DNA of 64,000 nucleotides from Candidatus Thermosaccharophagus tengchongensis (GTDB lineage: Bacteria; Armatimonadota; Fervidibacteria; Fervidibacterales; Thermosaccharophagaceae): NCBI GenBank assembly GCA_032161105.1, contig JAVHTD010000002.1. The stretch is one strand, 5' to 3'. Below are positions 10,331-21,962 of this stretch, piece after piece. The notes beneath the pieces are model-generated. The model was not told the origin of the DNA, searched no databases, and was given only the letters and a program-made list of their open reading frames with translations. The number at the start of each line of letters is the position of its first letter. Position 1 is the first letter of the stretch. The position numbers were made by a program, and so were the translations under genes.

Positions 10331-11242
10331 ATGATGGGTGAGGTAAGGGTTGGTATAGTGGATGTGGATACGACACATGCTGTTGAGTTTACGAAGCGCC
10401 TCAATCACATCGGCATAGGTGAAGATCAATGGGTTGAAGGTGCAAGGGTCGTTTGCTTCTGGGCTGGTCCTTCAGCGATACGCTCGGATGAGGAGGTGAA
10501 GGAATTAGCTCGTGTGCTGAGGGAGGAACTCGGCGTCAAGCAAGTTGAGAGCTTGAAAGAGATGATCGGCATGATTGATGCCGTAATGATTGAGTCGGTT
10601 GATGGAAGCGTTCACTATGAGCGTGCTCTCCCATTCATTGACGCTGGGATACCAACATTCATTGACAAGCCATTCACATGCTCGCTTGAGCAGGCGAGGA
10701 GGTTGGCGGAGATTGCCGAGAAGAAAGGCGTGCCATTGTTCACATCCTCATCATTGCGCTATTCCTTGGAGGTTCAGGAGTTGAAGGCTCGTGCCGATGA
10801 ATATGGCATGGTGCTCGGTGCTGATGCATATAGCCCTGCGCCATACCATGAGCGCAACCCGGGGTTGTTCCATTACGGCATTCACGCTGTTGAAACTTTG
10901 TATGCGCTGATGGGGAAAGGGTGCAAGCAAGTTTGGTGCATATGGCGTGATGATGCCGAAGTAGTTGTGGGCACATGGGCTGATGGGCGCATTGGAACCG
11001 TCAGAGGGACAAGGGTCGGCGTGCACGGGTATGGCTTCACAGCATTTTGTGAGCGTAAAATAATTGCCAGCAGCATTGATGCGAGGTTCATCTATCGTGA
11101 GCTGCTAAAGCGCGTCGTTGAGATGTTCCAGACTGGAAAGCCACCGCTTGACATGCAAGAGAGCGTGGAGATCGTCGCATTCATTGAGGCAGCTATGCGC
11201 TCAAGGCATTGTGGTGGTTCCCCTCAGGCAGTGGCGGTCTGA
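10331..11242 (+). CDS. Gfo/Idh/MocA family oxidoreductase
   Basis: Rossmann-like N-terminus, FIDKP, SSSLRY and YGIH motifs. Confidence 0.82.
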   Translation: MMGEVRVGIVDVDTTHAVEFTKRLNHIGIGEDQWVEGARVVCFWAGPSAIRSDEEVKELARVLREELGVKQVESLKEMIGMIDAVMIESVDGSVHYERALPFIDAGIPTFIDKPFTCSLEQARRLAEIAEKKGVPLFTSSSLRYSLEVQELKARADEYGMVLGADAYSPAPYHERNPGLFHYGIHAVETLYALMGKGCKQVWCIWRDDAEVVVGTWADGRIGTVRGTRVGVHGYGFTAFCERKIIASSIDARFIYRELLKRVVEMFQTGKPPLDMQESVEIVAFIEAAMRSRHCGGSPQAVAV

Positions 11243-11303
11243 GATGGACAGATAAATGTTGGACTTGCTCTCGGCTTAAAGTTCGCTTTAGGGGTGAAAG
11301 CGG

Positions 11304-12494
11304 ATGCGCATTGTCCTTTACACTGGGAAGGGCGGCGTGGGTAAGACGAGCATAAGTGCAGCAACAGGGATACTGTGCGCCGAGCTTGGTTACAAGACTT
11401 TGGTCATGAGCACAGATCCTGCGCACTCGCTCTCTGACTCGCTTTGCATGAAGCTTGGAAGCGAGCCAACAGAAATCTGTGATGGGCTTTTTGGGATGGA
11501 GATAGACCCGTTCGCTGAGATTGAGGAGAACTGGGCAGCTGCAAAGGATTACCTTACGATGCTATTTGCCTCGCAAGGGCTTGACGAAGTCGCAGCTGAA
11601 GAACTCGCAGTGCTTCCGGGAATGGATGAGTTGTTTAGCCTGCTCAAGGTCAAGCGATTTTACGAAAGCGGTGAGTTTGATGTGCTCGTCGTTGATTGCG
11701 CTCCAACTGGCGCAACGATACGATTGCTTAACTTCCCGGAAGTGCTGCAGTGGTATATGAAGCGCCTGTTCCCAGTGGAGAGGTATGTCGTTGGCACAAT
11801 TCGCAAGTTCAAGCGCGAGATATTTTCCGTTCCACTCCCGAGTGATGCCGTCTTTGATACGATACAGCGCATGTATGCGAATGTGGATGAGATGCGCGAC
11901 ATATTGCTTGACCCGCGGGTGACAACGATACGCCTCGTTCTCAATCCGGAGAAGATGGTCATACAGGAAACGAGGCGCGCTTACACGTATCTTAACCTCT
12001 TCGGCTTTCACACCGATGCCATTATCGCAAACAAGGTCTTCCCCGAGGAGATCACCGACCTATATTTCTCCGAGTGGAAGAAGGTGCAAAAGGCTTACTT
12101 GGAGGAGGTTGAGGCGTCGTTTCCGAACCTACCGATATTTAAGGTGAGGTTTTATCGGCACGAAGTCGTCGGTTTAGAGAGCCTCCGCAGAATGGCACAT
12201 GATACATTCGGCGACAGCGACCCAACCCAAATATTCGCTCAGGATGAACCAATGCAGATAATCAAGGAGGGCAGCAATTATACGCTTGTCCTGAAGCTGC
12301 CGTTCGTCTCTCATAGGGAAGTTGACCTCTATCAGAAGGGCGATGAGCTCATAGTCAGGATTGGGAACTTCAAGCGCAACATCATCTTGCCTATGGTGCT
12401 CGCTCGCCTTGAAGTGGTTAATGCCAAGTTCGTTGAAGACAAACTCCACATACGCTTTACTGACAAGCGAAGACCAAAATCACACCATCAGTAG
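11304..12494 (+). CDS. ArsA/GET3/TRC40 family ATPase with C-terminal HSP20-like domain
   Basis: GKGGVGKT, STDPAHSLSD, DCAPTG; single ATPase domain plus a beta-sandwich tail (LKLPFV...GDELIVRIGNFKRNIILP). Confidence 0.88.
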   Translation: MRIVLYTGKGGVGKTSISAATGILCAELGYKTLVMSTDPAHSLSDSLCMKLGSEPTEICDGLFGMEIDPFAEIEENWAAAKDYLTMLFASQGLDEVAAEELAVLPGMDELFSLLKVKRFYESGEFDVLVVDCAPTGATIRLLNFPEVLQWYMKRLFPVERYVVGTIRKFKREIFSVPLPSDAVFDTIQRMYANVDEMRDILLDPRVTTIRLVLNPEKMVIQETRRAYTYLNLFGFHTDAIIANKVFPEEITDLYFSEWKKVQKAYLEEVEASFPNLPIFKVRFYRHEVVGLESLRRMAHDTFGDSDPTQIFAQDEPMQIIKEGSNYTLVLKLPFVSHREVDLYQKGDELIVRIGNFKRNIILPMVLARLEVVNAKFVEDKLHIRFTDKRRPKSHHQ

Positions 12495-12622
12495 TGCGGC
12501 TTCGGCTGTGAATTCAATGCATCAATGCAAGTGGGTTTAGCTGCGAGCTTAGCACATGGGTGCGAATGGCTTCAGCCACAAGCTTAAGCGTTCCTGAGCG
12601 TTACTTACATCGTTTGAAAAAG

Positions 12623-13849
12623 TTAAGCGCCGAGCCCTGCCGCACCCCTTCTTATGCCCCTTTCACTTTCAATCTTTTGTTGGTAGCCGCTTTGTCTGTA
12701 TGCCATAAGCGGGTCAAGTGGGACCCCCATTTCCTCCCGCACAACCATAAGCAGCGGTGTCACATCGGTATTAAACGCATCCTGAAGGATTTGCTCAGCC
12801 ATGACAACATCGCATTTTTCCTGTGCGCTGTAAAGTTCGCCTCTCGGGATAAGCAACGCCTTCGCGTATGCGGTTTGGATGTTGATTATGGTCTGGATCA
12901 TCTCCTCTATCTTTGGCTTAATGTTTGCTGCCTGATCAACCATGAATGCCACCTTCAAGTTGAGCTCATCTTCAGCGGTGACTATCTCTTTGAGGATGAG
13001 GAACAACTCATACGGGTTGATGGAGCCTGTTGTCAGGTCATCATCCGCATACTTTCGGTTGTTGAAGTGAAAGCCGCCAAGCTTACCCTCGTCAATTAAG
13101 AAAGCGACGATGTGTTCAATGTTTGTGCCATGCGGGTGGTGACCCAAGTCAACGAGCACCTTTGCCCTCTCGCCGCACTTTTGCGCGAACACATAAGCCA
13201 TACCCCAATCGGCGATGTCGGTGTGGTAAAACGCTGGCTCAAAGAACTTGTATTCAATGAGCATCGTCATGTCCTGAGGCATTGCCTCATATACCTCCTG
13301 CAGGCATTCAATCATGCGGTGCTTGCGTCTCCGAAAGTCATCTTGCCCTGGGTGGTTAGTTCCGTCGGCAAACCAAAGGCTCAAGATGTTTGAGCCAACT
13401 TGCTTGGCTATCTCAATTGAATCAATGATGTGTCTCACGGCACGCTTTCTAACTTCTGCATCTGGGCTTGCTATGCTCCCATACTTGTAGCACTGGTCCT
13501 GAAACACATTTGGGTTCACCGAACCAATCCTTAAGCCGAGTTGCTCTGCGTATTCCTTTACGCCGTCCACTTTGCCATCCGGGAAGTCCCAGAGAACATG
13601 CACTGCCACCGATGGCGCTACACCGGTGAACTTGTTAACCTGCGCTGCATCCTCAAGCTTCTCATAGATGGTCACTGCTGCGCCGGGTTGATAAAATATG
13701 CCAAAGCGGGTTCCCGAATCTGCATATGCCCATGAGGGAGTTTCAATTTCAAGCGCCTTAAGCCTCGCCTTCACCGCCTCAATGTCAATTCCCTTCTCGG
13801 CAAGCGTGTCGGCAAGCATTTTGTATTCCTCCTTGTATCGCTTTCTCAT
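12623..13849 (-). CDS. rhaI: L-rhamnose isomerase (RhaI type)
   Basis: [62 protein letters not shown]. Confidence 0.88.
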   Translation of the reverse strand: MRKRYKEEYKMLADTLAEKGIDIEAVKARLKALEIETPSWAYADSGTRFGIFYQPGAAVTIYEKLEDAAQVNKFTGVAPSVAVHVLWDFPDGKVDGVKEYAEQLGLRIGSVNPNVFQDQCYKYGSIASPDAEVRKRAVRHIIDSIEIAKQVGSNILSLWFADGTNHPGQDDFRRRKHRMIECLQEVYEAMPQDMTMLIEYKFFEPAFYHTDIADWGMAYVFAQKCGERAKVLVDLGHHPHGTNIEHIVAFLIDEGKLGGFHFNNRKYADDDLTTGSINPYELFLILKEIVTAEDELNLKVAFMVDQAANIKPKIEEMIQTIINIQTAYAKALLIPRGELYSAQEKCDVVMAEQILQDAFNTDVTPLLMVVREEMGVPLDPLMAYRQSGYQQKIESERGIRRGAAGLGA

Positions 13850-14079
13850 GCTCTTCACCCCCGAGCTCTTCAATTGCATCAGCATTCATCTGAATACCCC
13901 TCACTTCGCGGGTATGCTTGTTTTTCGTGGTGAGTGCAATTCAAGGCGGGTTTAAACGGGTGATCCACGATGTGAGTTTCGCCTACAAACTCGCTTTGCG
14001 GCAATGCCGCTCTTTTTAGTGACTTCGGTCTGGTGTGACGAATTGCAAAAAGATGTTCACATAGCCCCTGCCATTCTGC

Positions 14080-14124
14080 TGGGGAGCCAGCATCCTTAGA
14101 TTCACTTGTGATGCTGGCTCCCCA
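14080..14124. terminator. 15-bp perfect inverted repeat downstream of the 14143-15135 gene (terminator or mRNA-stabilising hairpin)
   Basis: TGGGGAGCCAGCATC ... GATGCTGGCTCCCCA; no clear U-tract. Confidence 0.5.
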
Positions 14125-14142
14125 AAGGTGTTGGAGCAGTCT

Positions 14143-15135
14143 CTACCTTTCAAATGCGGCTTCAAACCTTATCTCCGATGGCTTGAACTGCAACTTGCGG
14201 ACAAACTCGCAGGCTTCCTTTGCGCCGTGTTCTCTATCCATGCCGCTGTCTTCCCACTCAACCGAAAGCGGGCCGTTATAGCCTATGTTGTTCAGAGCGC
14301 GAATTATCTCCTCAAAGTTTATCCCGCCCCTCCCCGGTGAGCGGAAGTCCCAACCTCTCCTCGGATCCCCAAACGGCAGGTGAGACGAGAGGATGCCGCT
14401 TCTCCCATCAAGCGTGGTGATGGCATCCTTCACATGCATGTGGAATATGCGATCGGGAAATTCGTAAATGAACTTGACTGGGTCAACGCCCTGCCAGTGT
14501 AGGTGGCTCGGATCAAAATTGAATCCGAACGCCGGATGGTAATCCACAGCCTCAAGGGCTTTCCTCGCCGTGTATAGGTCAAACGCGATTTCTGTCGGAT
14601 GAACTTCAAGAGCAAACTTCACACCACATGCCTCAAATTCATCCAGTATAGGCTTCCACACCTGCGCGAACTTCTTGAACCCATCCTCAATCATTTGCGG
14701 CGGCACTGGTGGGAACGGATAGACAAGATGCCATATTGGTGAACCAGTAAATCCGTTTACGACCTGCACGCCGAGGTTTTTTGCAGCCCTTGCTGTGAGC
14801 TTCATTTCCTCAATTGCTCTCTCGCGAACTCCATCCGGATTGCCATCTCCCCAAACATGCTCAGGGAGGATGGCTTTGTGCCGTTCATCAATTGGATCAA
14901 GCACAGCTTGTCCAGCAAGGTGATTGCTAATAGCCCACACATTGAGACCATATCTTGCAAGGAGCTGCTTTCGCTCCTCGCAATACTTTGGATCTTCAAC
15001 GGCTTTGCGCACATCAAAGTGGTCACCCCAACAGGCGAGTTCGAGCCCGTCATAACCCCACTCGCTCGCCTTTTGTGCGAGGGTCTCAAGAGGCATATCA
15101 GCCCACTGACCTGTGAACAATGTCACCGGACGCAT
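14143..15135 (-). CDS. Sugar phosphate isomerase/epimerase (xylose isomerase-like TIM barrel)
   Basis: [39 protein letters not shown] metal-binding motifs. Confidence 0.87.
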   Translation of the reverse strand: MRPVTLFTGQWADMPLETLAQKASEWGYDGLELACWGDHFDVRKAVEDPKYCEERKQLLARYGLNVWAISNHLAGQAVLDPIDERHKAILPEHVWGDGNPDGVRERAIEEMKLTARAAKNLGVQVVNGFTGSPIWHLVYPFPPVPPQMIEDGFKKFAQVWKPILDEFEACGVKFALEVHPTEIAFDLYTARKALEAVDYHPAFGFNFDPSHLHWQGVDPVKFIYEFPDRIFHMHVKDAITTLDGRSGILSSHLPFGDPRRGWDFRSPGRGGINFEEIIRALNNIGYNGPLSVEWEDSGMDREHGAKEACEFVRKLQFKPSEIRFEAAFER

Positions 15136-15374
15136 CCTTATCCACCTCCCAGTCCCCGTGGTGAGCGGATGTGGTTTACAGTCATGCAGTCAATAAATAT
15201 GATGCATTGTGGAGCAGGTTGTGTCAAACGCAGTCCTTTAGTGCATTGTTGCAGCGGATGCTCCAAACCGACGACCGAGCCTTAGTTGCTCTCGCTAAGT
15301 TAAAAAAACCAAGCGGTGCGAAGTGGTTGAATCAGATTTGTTGAGCATATGTTGGTTCATCAACGGTGCGTCCC

Positions 15375-15403
15375 TTTACAAGGGGATTTGATGACGCTAA
15401 AAT
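15375..15403 (+). promoter_or_regulatory. Sigma70-type promoter of the str/ribosomal protein operon
   Basis: TTTACA-17 nt-TAAAAT, about 325 nt upstream of rpsL. Confidence 0.65.
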
Positions 15404-15654
15404 AAAAGCATGACTATGGTGGTTGAGCGTTGGCGTTGTATTGCGCGTTGGTGCTATCTTGAACCACTGCAGGTTTCAATCATGAAAGTTCCAACCGCGC
15501 AGACAGTGCTCATAGGCAAAGAGTGGCGAAAGGCTTTTAGTGTGTTATCATGCTATGTCGTCAGAGGGCGTGGGAGGCAGCGAATGCAATGCATTCGCTG
15601 CAGGGCGCCTTAAGACGCCGAGATGGAATGTTAATGTGGGCTGCCTCTCTGCTG

Positions 15655-15686
15655 CCCCTCTGGCGTAGCCAGAGGGGTAATTTTTT
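15655..15686 (+). terminator. Intrinsic terminator-like hairpin in the rpsL leader (possible attenuator)
   Basis: CCCCTCTGGC-GTA-GCCAGAGGGG followed by TAATTTTTT. Confidence 0.65.
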
Positions 15687-15727
15687 GCGATGCAGAGTAT
15701 GCTTAAGCACGAGAGGGTGATTGAAGG

Positions 15728-16147
15728 ATGCCAACAATCAACCAGATAGTAAAGGGTGCCCGTAAGCCGAAGAAACATCGCACAAAGACACCGGCTCTAA
15801 AATACCGTTATAACGCTCTTAAGGGGAAGCTTATATACGACCCGCAAGGTGCGCCGATGTTGCGCGGTGTGTGCATATCGGTGCGAACCATGACGCCGAA
15901 GAAACCGAACTCGGCATTGCGCAAGATAGCAAAGGTTCGCTTAAGCAACAGGCGAGTCATCACTGCTTACATCCCGGGTGTCGGACACAATCTACAGGAG
16001 CACAGCGTTGTGCTTGTGAGGGGCGGACGAGTTAAGGACCTCCCAGGCATAAGATACAAAGTCGTTAGAGGCGCGCTTGACTGTGCCGGAGTTGAGGGGA
16101 GGAGGAAAGCCCGCTCGGTCTATGGTGCCAAGAGACCGAAATCTTAA
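15728..16147 (+). CDS. rpsL: 30S ribosomal protein S12
   Basis: [26 protein letters not shown]. Confidence 0.98.
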   Translation: MPTINQIVKGARKPKKHRTKTPALKYRYNALKGKLIYDPQGAPMLRGVCISVRTMTPKKPNSALRKIAKVRLSNRRVITAYIPGVGHNLQEHSVVLVRGGRVKDLPGIRYKVVRGALDCAGVEGRRKARSVYGAKRPKS

Positions 16148-16183
16148 TTTGTGTTACGAATTGATGAAATGAGGTGAAATGGG

Positions 16184-16657
16184 ATGCCAAGGAGAGGACC
16201 AGTTCCGCCGAGGGAAATCCCGCCAGACCCGGTTTACGGAAGTGTGCTCATACACAAGCTCATTAACCAAATCATGCGGAAGGGCAAGAAGAGCATCGCA
16301 GAGAAAATCATGTATGGCTCGCTGTTGCTGATACATCAACGAACAAAGCGCAATCCGCTTGATGTGCTTGCTAACGCTATACGCAATGTCATGCCTGTGG
16401 TTGAAGTTCGTCCAAGGCGTGTTGGCGGTGCGACATATCAAGTGCCAATGGAAGTTCGCCCAACGAGGCGAGTCAGTTTGGCACTCCGTTGGCTTGTTCA
16501 GGCGGCGAGACAGCGCAAGGGCAGGACGATGGCTCACAGGCTTGCGGATGAAATCATTGATGCTTCTAACAATCAAGGGGGCGCAGTTAGGATAAAGGAG
16601 GAAGTGCACAGAATAGCGGAGGCAAACAGAGCATTTGCTCACTATCGTTGGTTCTAA
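16184..16657 (+). CDS. rpsG: 30S ribosomal protein S7
   Basis: [23 protein letters not shown]. Confidence 0.98.
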   Translation: MPRRGPVPPREIPPDPVYGSVLIHKLINQIMRKGKKSIAEKIMYGSLLLIHQRTKRNPLDVLANAIRNVMPVVEVRPRRVGGATYQVPMEVRPTRRVSLALRWLVQAARQRKGRTMAHRLADEIIDASNNQGGAVRIKEEVHRIAEANRAFAHYRWF

Positions 16658-16670
16658 CGGTGTGATGCGT

Positions 16671-18842
16671 ATGGTAGAAGTTGATTTTGATGGCAAGTTG
16701 CCGCTTGAAATGACGAGAAATATAGGCATAGTTGCCCACATAGATGCGGGTAAGACGACCACGACCGAGAGGATACTGTTTTACACTGGTCGTGTGCACC
16801 GAATTGGGGAGGTTGACGAAGGGACTGCCACGATGGACTGGATGCAGCAGGAGAAGGAACGAGGAATCACAATAACTTCCGCAGCTACGACTTGTTATTG
16901 GAGGAGAAAAATTGGCGCCGACGAGAAAATCTACCGAATTAACATAATTGACACGCCGGGGCATGTTGACTTCACGGCGGAGGTTGAAAGGTCACTAAGA
17001 GTTCTTGATGGAGCGATTGTGATTTTATGTGGGGTTGGGGGTGTGCAACCGCAAACTGAGACAGTCTGGAGGCAGGCAAACAAGTATAATGTTCCGAGAA
17101 TCGCCTATATAAACAAACTTGACAGAAATGGTGCCGACTTTCACTCAGTTGTGCATCAAATGCGGGAGCGATTGAAATGCAAGGCGATCCTCATTCAAAT
17201 CCCGATTGGGCAAGGGGAGGACTTTGAGGGTGTCATTGATCTCATTGAATATCGGGCAATTTACTGGGATGACGAACTTGGGACAGTTATGCGTTATGAG
17301 CCTATACCCGACAGCATAGAGCCGATTGCCGAGATCTTCAGGAAAGCTTTGGTGGAATGGGTTGTGGAAACCGACGATAAATTGCTCGAAAAATACCTCG
17401 AGGAGGGGACTATTTCCTCGGAGGACTTGCGTGCAGCTATAAGAAAACAAACGCTGCGTGGCGAGATTGTTCCCGTCCTCTGCGGGGCAAGTTTGAAAAA
17501 CAGAGGTGTGCAGCCGCTGCTTGACGCCATTGTTGATTTTCTCCCATCACCGCTTGACATAGGTTTTGTTGAGGGTATGAATCCGGAAAATGGGGAGAAA
17601 GTGAGGAGAAAACTGGCAGAAGATGAACCTCTATGCGCCTTGGCTTTTAAGATCCAAACTGACCCGTATGTTGGTCGGCTAACTTACACAAGGATTTATA
17701 GCGGTGTTCTAAGAAAAGGTGACACAATTAGCAACTTTTCACGGGGATGCAGGGAGCGAGTTGCACGGATATTGCGCATGCATGCCAATTATAGGGAGGA
17801 AATTGAGGAGTGCAGGGCTGGCGATATCGTTGCCCTTGTTGGATTGCGAAATACATACACGGGAGATACGCTTGGGGCACCGGAATGCCCAATTTTGCTT
17901 GAGCGCATTGAGTTTCCAGAGCCAGTCATATTTAGGGCTGTTGAACCGAAAACGAAAGCCGAGGAAGAAAAACTTATGCAGGCACTCTTAAAATTGGTCA
18001 ATGAAGATCCGACATTGAGGCTGAGATTTGACAAAGAAACTGGTCAAACCATATTGGCTGGCATGGGAGAGCTACACCTTGAAATAGCTGAGGACAGGCT
18101 TCGCAGGGAATTTGGTGTCGTTGCTCGCTTTGGTCAACCGCAGGTTGCATATCAGGAAACCGTGTTGAATTCCGCTATTGGCGAGGGCAAGTATATTCGC
18201 CAGACTGGAGGGCGTGGGCAATATGGACATGCAATCTTGCATGTCCAGCCTTTGGAGAGGGGTAAAGGGTTAGAGTTTGAAGTTGACATTAAAGGCGGGA
18301 TAATACCGGAAGTTTTCATACCGGCGATTGAGGCTGGAGTGCGGGAGGCTGCTGATAGAGGGGTGCTTGCTGGATATCCAGTTGTGGATGTTAAGATTAC
18401 TTTAATTGGCGGTTCATATCACGAGGTTGATTCTTCGGAATATGCCTTTAAGCTTGCGGCAATGGAAGCCTTCAAAAATGCGTGTAAAAGGGCCACTTTA
18501 ACCCTTTTGGAACCCATCATGAAGCTTGAAATTGTGACGCCGAAGGAATATGTGGGAGAAGTTCTTGCAGACTTAAATGCGAGGAGGGCATCTATCAGAG
18601 GGATGAGGGAAGGCGCGGGGGAGATTATCATCGTTGATGCCGAAGTTCCATTAGCAGAGGTTTTTGGATATGCAACTCAATTGCGCTCGCTAACTCAAGG
18701 TAGGGCATCTTACACAATGGAGCCAGAGCGCTATGCACCGGTGCCTCCAGAGGTGGTTAAGCAAATTGTTCTAAAGCGCGGCTATAGCACATTTGACATT
18801 CTTCCTCATATTGAGGGAAAAACCATTGGCACGCGGGTTTAA
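16671..18842 (+). CDS. fusA: Elongation factor G (canonical)
   Basis: [34 protein letters not shown]; start approximate. Confidence 0.97.
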   Translation: MVEVDFDGKLPLEMTRNIGIVAHIDAGKTTTTERILFYTGRVHRIGEVDEGTATMDWMQQEKERGITITSAATTCYWRRKIGADEKIYRINIIDTPGHVDFTAEVERSLRVLDGAIVILCGVGGVQPQTETVWRQANKYNVPRIAYINKLDRNGADFHSVVHQMRERLKCKAILIQIPIGQGEDFEGVIDLIEYRAIYWDDELGTVMRYEPIPDSIEPIAEIFRKALVEWVVETDDKLLEKYLEEGTISSEDLRAAIRKQTLRGEIVPVLCGASLKNRGVQPLLDAIVDFLPSPLDIGFVEGMNPENGEKVRRKLAEDEPLCALAFKIQTDPYVGRLTYTRIYSGVLRKGDTISNFSRGCRERVARILRMHANYREEIEECRAGDIVALVGLRNTYTGDTLGAPECPILLERIEFPEPVIFRAVEPKTKAEEEKLMQALLKLVNEDPTLRLRFDKETGQTILAGMGELHLEIAEDRLRREFGVVARFGQPQVAYQETVLNSAIGEGKYIRQTGGRGQYGHAILHVQPLERGKGLEFEVDIKGGIIPEVFIPAIEAGVREAADRGVLAGYPVVDVKITLIGGSYHEVDSSEYAFKLAAMEAFKNACKRATLTLLEPIMKLEIVTPKEYVGEVLADLNARRASIRGMREGAGEIIIVDAEVPLAEVFGYATQLRSLTQGRASYTMEPERYAPVPPEVVKQIVLKRGYSTFDILPHIEGKTIGTRV

Positions 18843-18859
18843 GGGGGTAAGCGTTTCAT

Positions 18860-19168
18860 ATGGCTGAGGAACGCATCCGAATTAAGTTGAAGGCATTTGA
18901 TCATAAGTTGGTGGATAAATCTGCACAGGATATTGCCAGAGTTGCCCGTGAAACTGGGGCTAAAGTGCGTGGTCCTATACCGCTCCCTACTGATAGAAAG
19001 GTTTGGTGTGTGATTAGGTCACCTTTCATTGACAAGGAATCAATGGAACATTTTGAAATGAGGATTCACAAGCGCTTGATTGACATCATTAACGCTACAG
19101 CCGAGACCATTGAGAGGTTGAGCAAACTTGATTTGCCAAGCGGAGTTGATATAGAAATCAAGCTGTAA
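18860..19168 (+). CDS. rpsJ: 30S ribosomal protein S10
   Basis: [23 protein letters not shown]. Confidence 0.98.
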   Translation: MAEERIRIKLKAFDHKLVDKSAQDIARVARETGAKVRGPIPLPTDRKVWCVIRSPFIDKESMEHFEMRIHKRLIDIINATAETIERLSKLDLPSGVDIEIKL

Positions 19169-19187
19169 ATTTTGGGGGTGTAAGGCG

Positions 19188-19811
19188 GTGATAAAGTCAA
19201 TAATCGGGAGAAAAGTTGGTATGACATCCATATTTACCGAAGATGGACAGCATATCCCGGTTACAGTTATTCAAGCCGGACCTTGTTATGTGGTTCAGCG
19301 AAAAGTTGTCCAAAAGGACGGGTATTCTGCGATTCAGCTCGGTTATTTGGCGATGCGCGAAAGAAAGGTGAATAAACCGTTACAAGGTCACTTCAAAAAA
19401 GCTGGATTGCCTCCAATGAAATTTTTGTGCGAGTTCCGTATACCAAATGAGGTAAATGTGGAAGTCGGGTCGGAAATAACGGTTAACTCGTTCAAGCCCG
19501 GCGATGTAGTGAAAGTTACGGGAACCTCAAAGGGTCGGGGATTTGCAGGTGTGATGAAGCGGTGGGGTATGAGTGGTCAAAGGGACTCACATGGTTCAAG
19601 GTATCATCGTCAACCAGCATCACTTGGACCGCAAGGTCCACAGCGAGTGTTCAAAGGGCATAAAATGCCGGGAAGATTTGGGGGAAAAACGGTGACTATC
19701 CGCGGGTTAACTGTTGTTGGTGTGGATCCTGAAAATCATCTTCTTCTCATAAAGGGTAGCGTTCCCGGATGGAAAGGGAGTTTGGTAAAAATTCAGGAAG
19801 ACAAGCCATAA
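19188..19811 (+). CDS. rplC: 50S ribosomal protein L3
   Basis: GRKVGMT, DGYSAIQL, SKGRGFAGVMKR. Confidence 0.97.
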   Translation: MIKSIIGRKVGMTSIFTEDGQHIPVTVIQAGPCYVVQRKVVQKDGYSAIQLGYLAMRERKVNKPLQGHFKKAGLPPMKFLCEFRIPNEVNVEVGSEITVNSFKPGDVVKVTGTSKGRGFAGVMKRWGMSGQRDSHGSRYHRQPASLGPQGPQRVFKGHKMPGRFGGKTVTIRGLTVVGVDPENHLLLIKGSVPGWKGSLVKIQEDKP

Positions 19812-19818
19812 AAGACAG

Positions 19819-20457
19819 GTGATTGGCATGGACATTCCGGTATACAATCTTGAAGGAGAGCAAGTTGGGATTTATACTATTCCTGACGAGCTGCTATCCG
19901 TCAAGATTAACAAATCTCTTGTGCACCAAGTTGTTATCTCATATCTTGCTAACATGAGGCAAGGGACACATTCAACAAAAACTCGCAAAGAAGTTAGAGG
20001 TGGGGGCAGAAAACCATGGCCGCAAAAGGGAACGGGTAGAGCAAGGCAAGGGTCTATAAGAGCCCCTCAATGGCGTGGTGGTGGCAAAGTGCATACTCCT
20101 AAGCCGCTTGATTGGGATGTAAAGATAAACAAAAACATGCGAAAGCAGGCAATAAAAATGGCGTGGATTGACAAAATAAGAAGTAACGATATAGTTTTGT
20201 TGAGCGAACTTGATTTTGAAAAGCCGAAAACAAAGCAGATGTATCGGTTGCTAAAGGCGCTTGGTTTGAGCGACAACAAAGTCCTACTTTTGATGAGGGA
20301 ATTTAACCAAAATGTTTTCCTATCGGCAAGAAACCTGCCCAATGTATTTATGCTTCCATATTATCAACCATCAGCATACGATTTGATAAATGCGCAGAAA
20401 ATTTTAACAACTTGCGATGTAATGGATAGGATAGTAAAGGAGAGGATTGCATCATGA
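19819..20457 (+). CDS. rplD: 50S ribosomal protein L4
   Basis: GGGRKPWPQKGTGRARQGS. Confidence 0.97.
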   Translation: MIGMDIPVYNLEGEQVGIYTIPDELLSVKINKSLVHQVVISYLANMRQGTHSTKTRKEVRGGGRKPWPQKGTGRARQGSIRAPQWRGGGKVHTPKPLDWDVKINKNMRKQAIKMAWIDKIRSNDIVLLSELDFEKPKTKQMYRLLKALGLSDNKVLLLMREFNQNVFLSARNLPNVFMLPYYQPSAYDLINAQKILTTCDVMDRIVKERIAS

Positions 20458-20756
20458 CAAGCATCCGGCGAGATCCATCAAATGTAGTGATACAGCCAAT
20501 ATTGACGGAAAAAAGTGCAAAGCTGGCAGCTGAGTTAAATCAGTATACATTTAAAGTGCGCTTAGATGCTACAAAGCCAGAAATTAGGCAAGCTATTGAA
20601 AAGTTATTTAATGTTGATGTTGAGTGGGTCAACACCATGATTGTAAAGGGGAAACCGCGCGGGATGAGATGGCTCAACCGAGGCAGAACATCAAGATGGA
20701 AGAAAGCGATCGTTAAGGTTAAAGAAGGGCAGAAAATAGGCATATTTGAGGTATGA
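20454..20756 (+). CDS. rplW: 50S ribosomal protein L23
   Basis: [27 protein letters not shown]. Confidence 0.96.
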   Translation: MTSIRRDPSNVVIQPILTEKSAKLAAELNQYTFKVRLDATKPEIRQAIEKLFNVDVEWVNTMIVKGKPRGMRWLNRGRTSRWKKAIVKVKEGQKIGIFEV

Positions 20757-20766
20757 GGTGAGGATC

Positions 20767-21630
20767 ATGCCGATAAGGCTGAAAAAACCGATCACGCCTG
20801 GACAAAGATTTATGACTGTTTCAACATTTGAAGAGATAACAAAGGATGAGCCAGAAAAATCATTGACTGAAATACTCAAGAAGCACAGTGGGCGAAATAA
20901 TCAGGGTAAAGTTACTGTCCGATTCAGAGGCGGTGGGAATAAGAGATTTTACCGCATAGTTGACTTTAAACGAGATAAGGACGGAATCCCGGCAAAAGTT
21001 ATAGCGATTGAGTATGACCCGAACAGATCGGCGAGGCTTGCATTGCTCAGATATGCTGATGGAGAAAAACGGTATATACTGTGGCCAGAAGGGGTGAAAG
21101 TGGGGGATATTTTAATGTCCGGGGAAGATGCGGAAATAAAGCCGGGGAATGCCCTACCGCTTGAGAAAATTCCGGATGGAACCTTTATTCACAACATAGA
21201 ACTTGAGCCGGGTAAAGGCGGACAGCTTGTCAGGGCTGCTGGAACCGCTGCTCAGCTTATGGCGAAGGAAGGGAAATATGCTCATATCAAACTGCCCTCT
21301 GGAGAAGTTCGGTTGATTAATGTGAAGTGCAAAGCAACAATAGGTAGAGTTGGCAATGTTGATCATGAATTGATAGTGATTGGAAAGGCTGGGCGGGCGA
21401 GACATATGGGATGGAGACCACATGTTCGAGGAAAAGCAATGAATGTTGATGATCATCCGCATGGAGGTGGCGAGGGAAAGGCACCAATAGGCATGGATGC
21501 ACCGAAATCGCCTTGGGGTTGGAAAACCCTTGGGGTCAAAACGAGAAAGGAGCGAAAACCGTCCAGTAAGTTCATAGTAAAGCGCAGAAGGGTTGGGTAT
21601 GGAGATAGAAGATTGAAAGAGCAAAGGTAA
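20767..21630 (+). CDS. rplB: 50S ribosomal protein L2
   Basis: [24 protein letters not shown]. Confidence 0.98.
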   Translation: MPIRLKKPITPGQRFMTVSTFEEITKDEPEKSLTEILKKHSGRNNQGKVTVRFRGGGNKRFYRIVDFKRDKDGIPAKVIAIEYDPNRSARLALLRYADGEKRYILWPEGVKVGDILMSGEDAEIKPGNALPLEKIPDGTFIHNIELEPGKGGQLVRAAGTAAQLMAKEGKYAHIKLPSGEVRLINVKCKATIGRVGNVDHELIVIGKAGRARHMGWRPHVRGKAMNVDDHPHGGGEGKAPIGMDAPKSPWGWKTLGVKTRKERKPSSKFIVKRRRVGYGDRRLKEQR

Positions 21631-21647
21631 CTGCTGGGGGGATCATC

Positions 21648-21932
21648 ATGGGGCGTTCATTGAAAAAGGGTCCATATTGTGACCCTAAATTGCTCAAAAA
21701 AATAAGGGAAATGAACCAAACTGGCGAAAAGCGCGTCATAAAGACTTGGTCGCGGCGTTCCACGATCTTTCCCGAAATGGTTGGACACACGATTGCTGTT
21801 TATGATGGTAGGAGACACATTCCCGTATACATTACTGAAGCCATGGTTGGGCATAAACTTGGAGAATTTGCCCCAACAAGAGGGCATAGAAAGCATGGTG
21901 AGCCAACCGAACGCTCAACAGCGTTGAAATAG
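21648..21932 (+). CDS. rpsS: 30S ribosomal protein S19
   Basis: [28 protein letters not shown]. Confidence 0.98.
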   Translation: MGRSLKKGPYCDPKLLKKIREMNQTGEKRVIKTWSRRSTIFPEMVGHTIAVYDGRRHIPVYITEAMVGHKLGEFAPTRGHRKHGEPTERSTALK

Positions 21933-21962
21933 CCCATAAGGTGTGGAAAGAGGGATTGAACT

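Noticed and set aside
11304..12494. Arsenic resistance locus
   Set aside because: No arsB/acr3, arsC, arsR or arsD nearby, and the architecture is Get3-like
15800..15855. Insertion in the S12 N-terminal region ([15 protein letters not shown])
   Set aside because: A similar insertion is well known in Firmicutes and some related phyla
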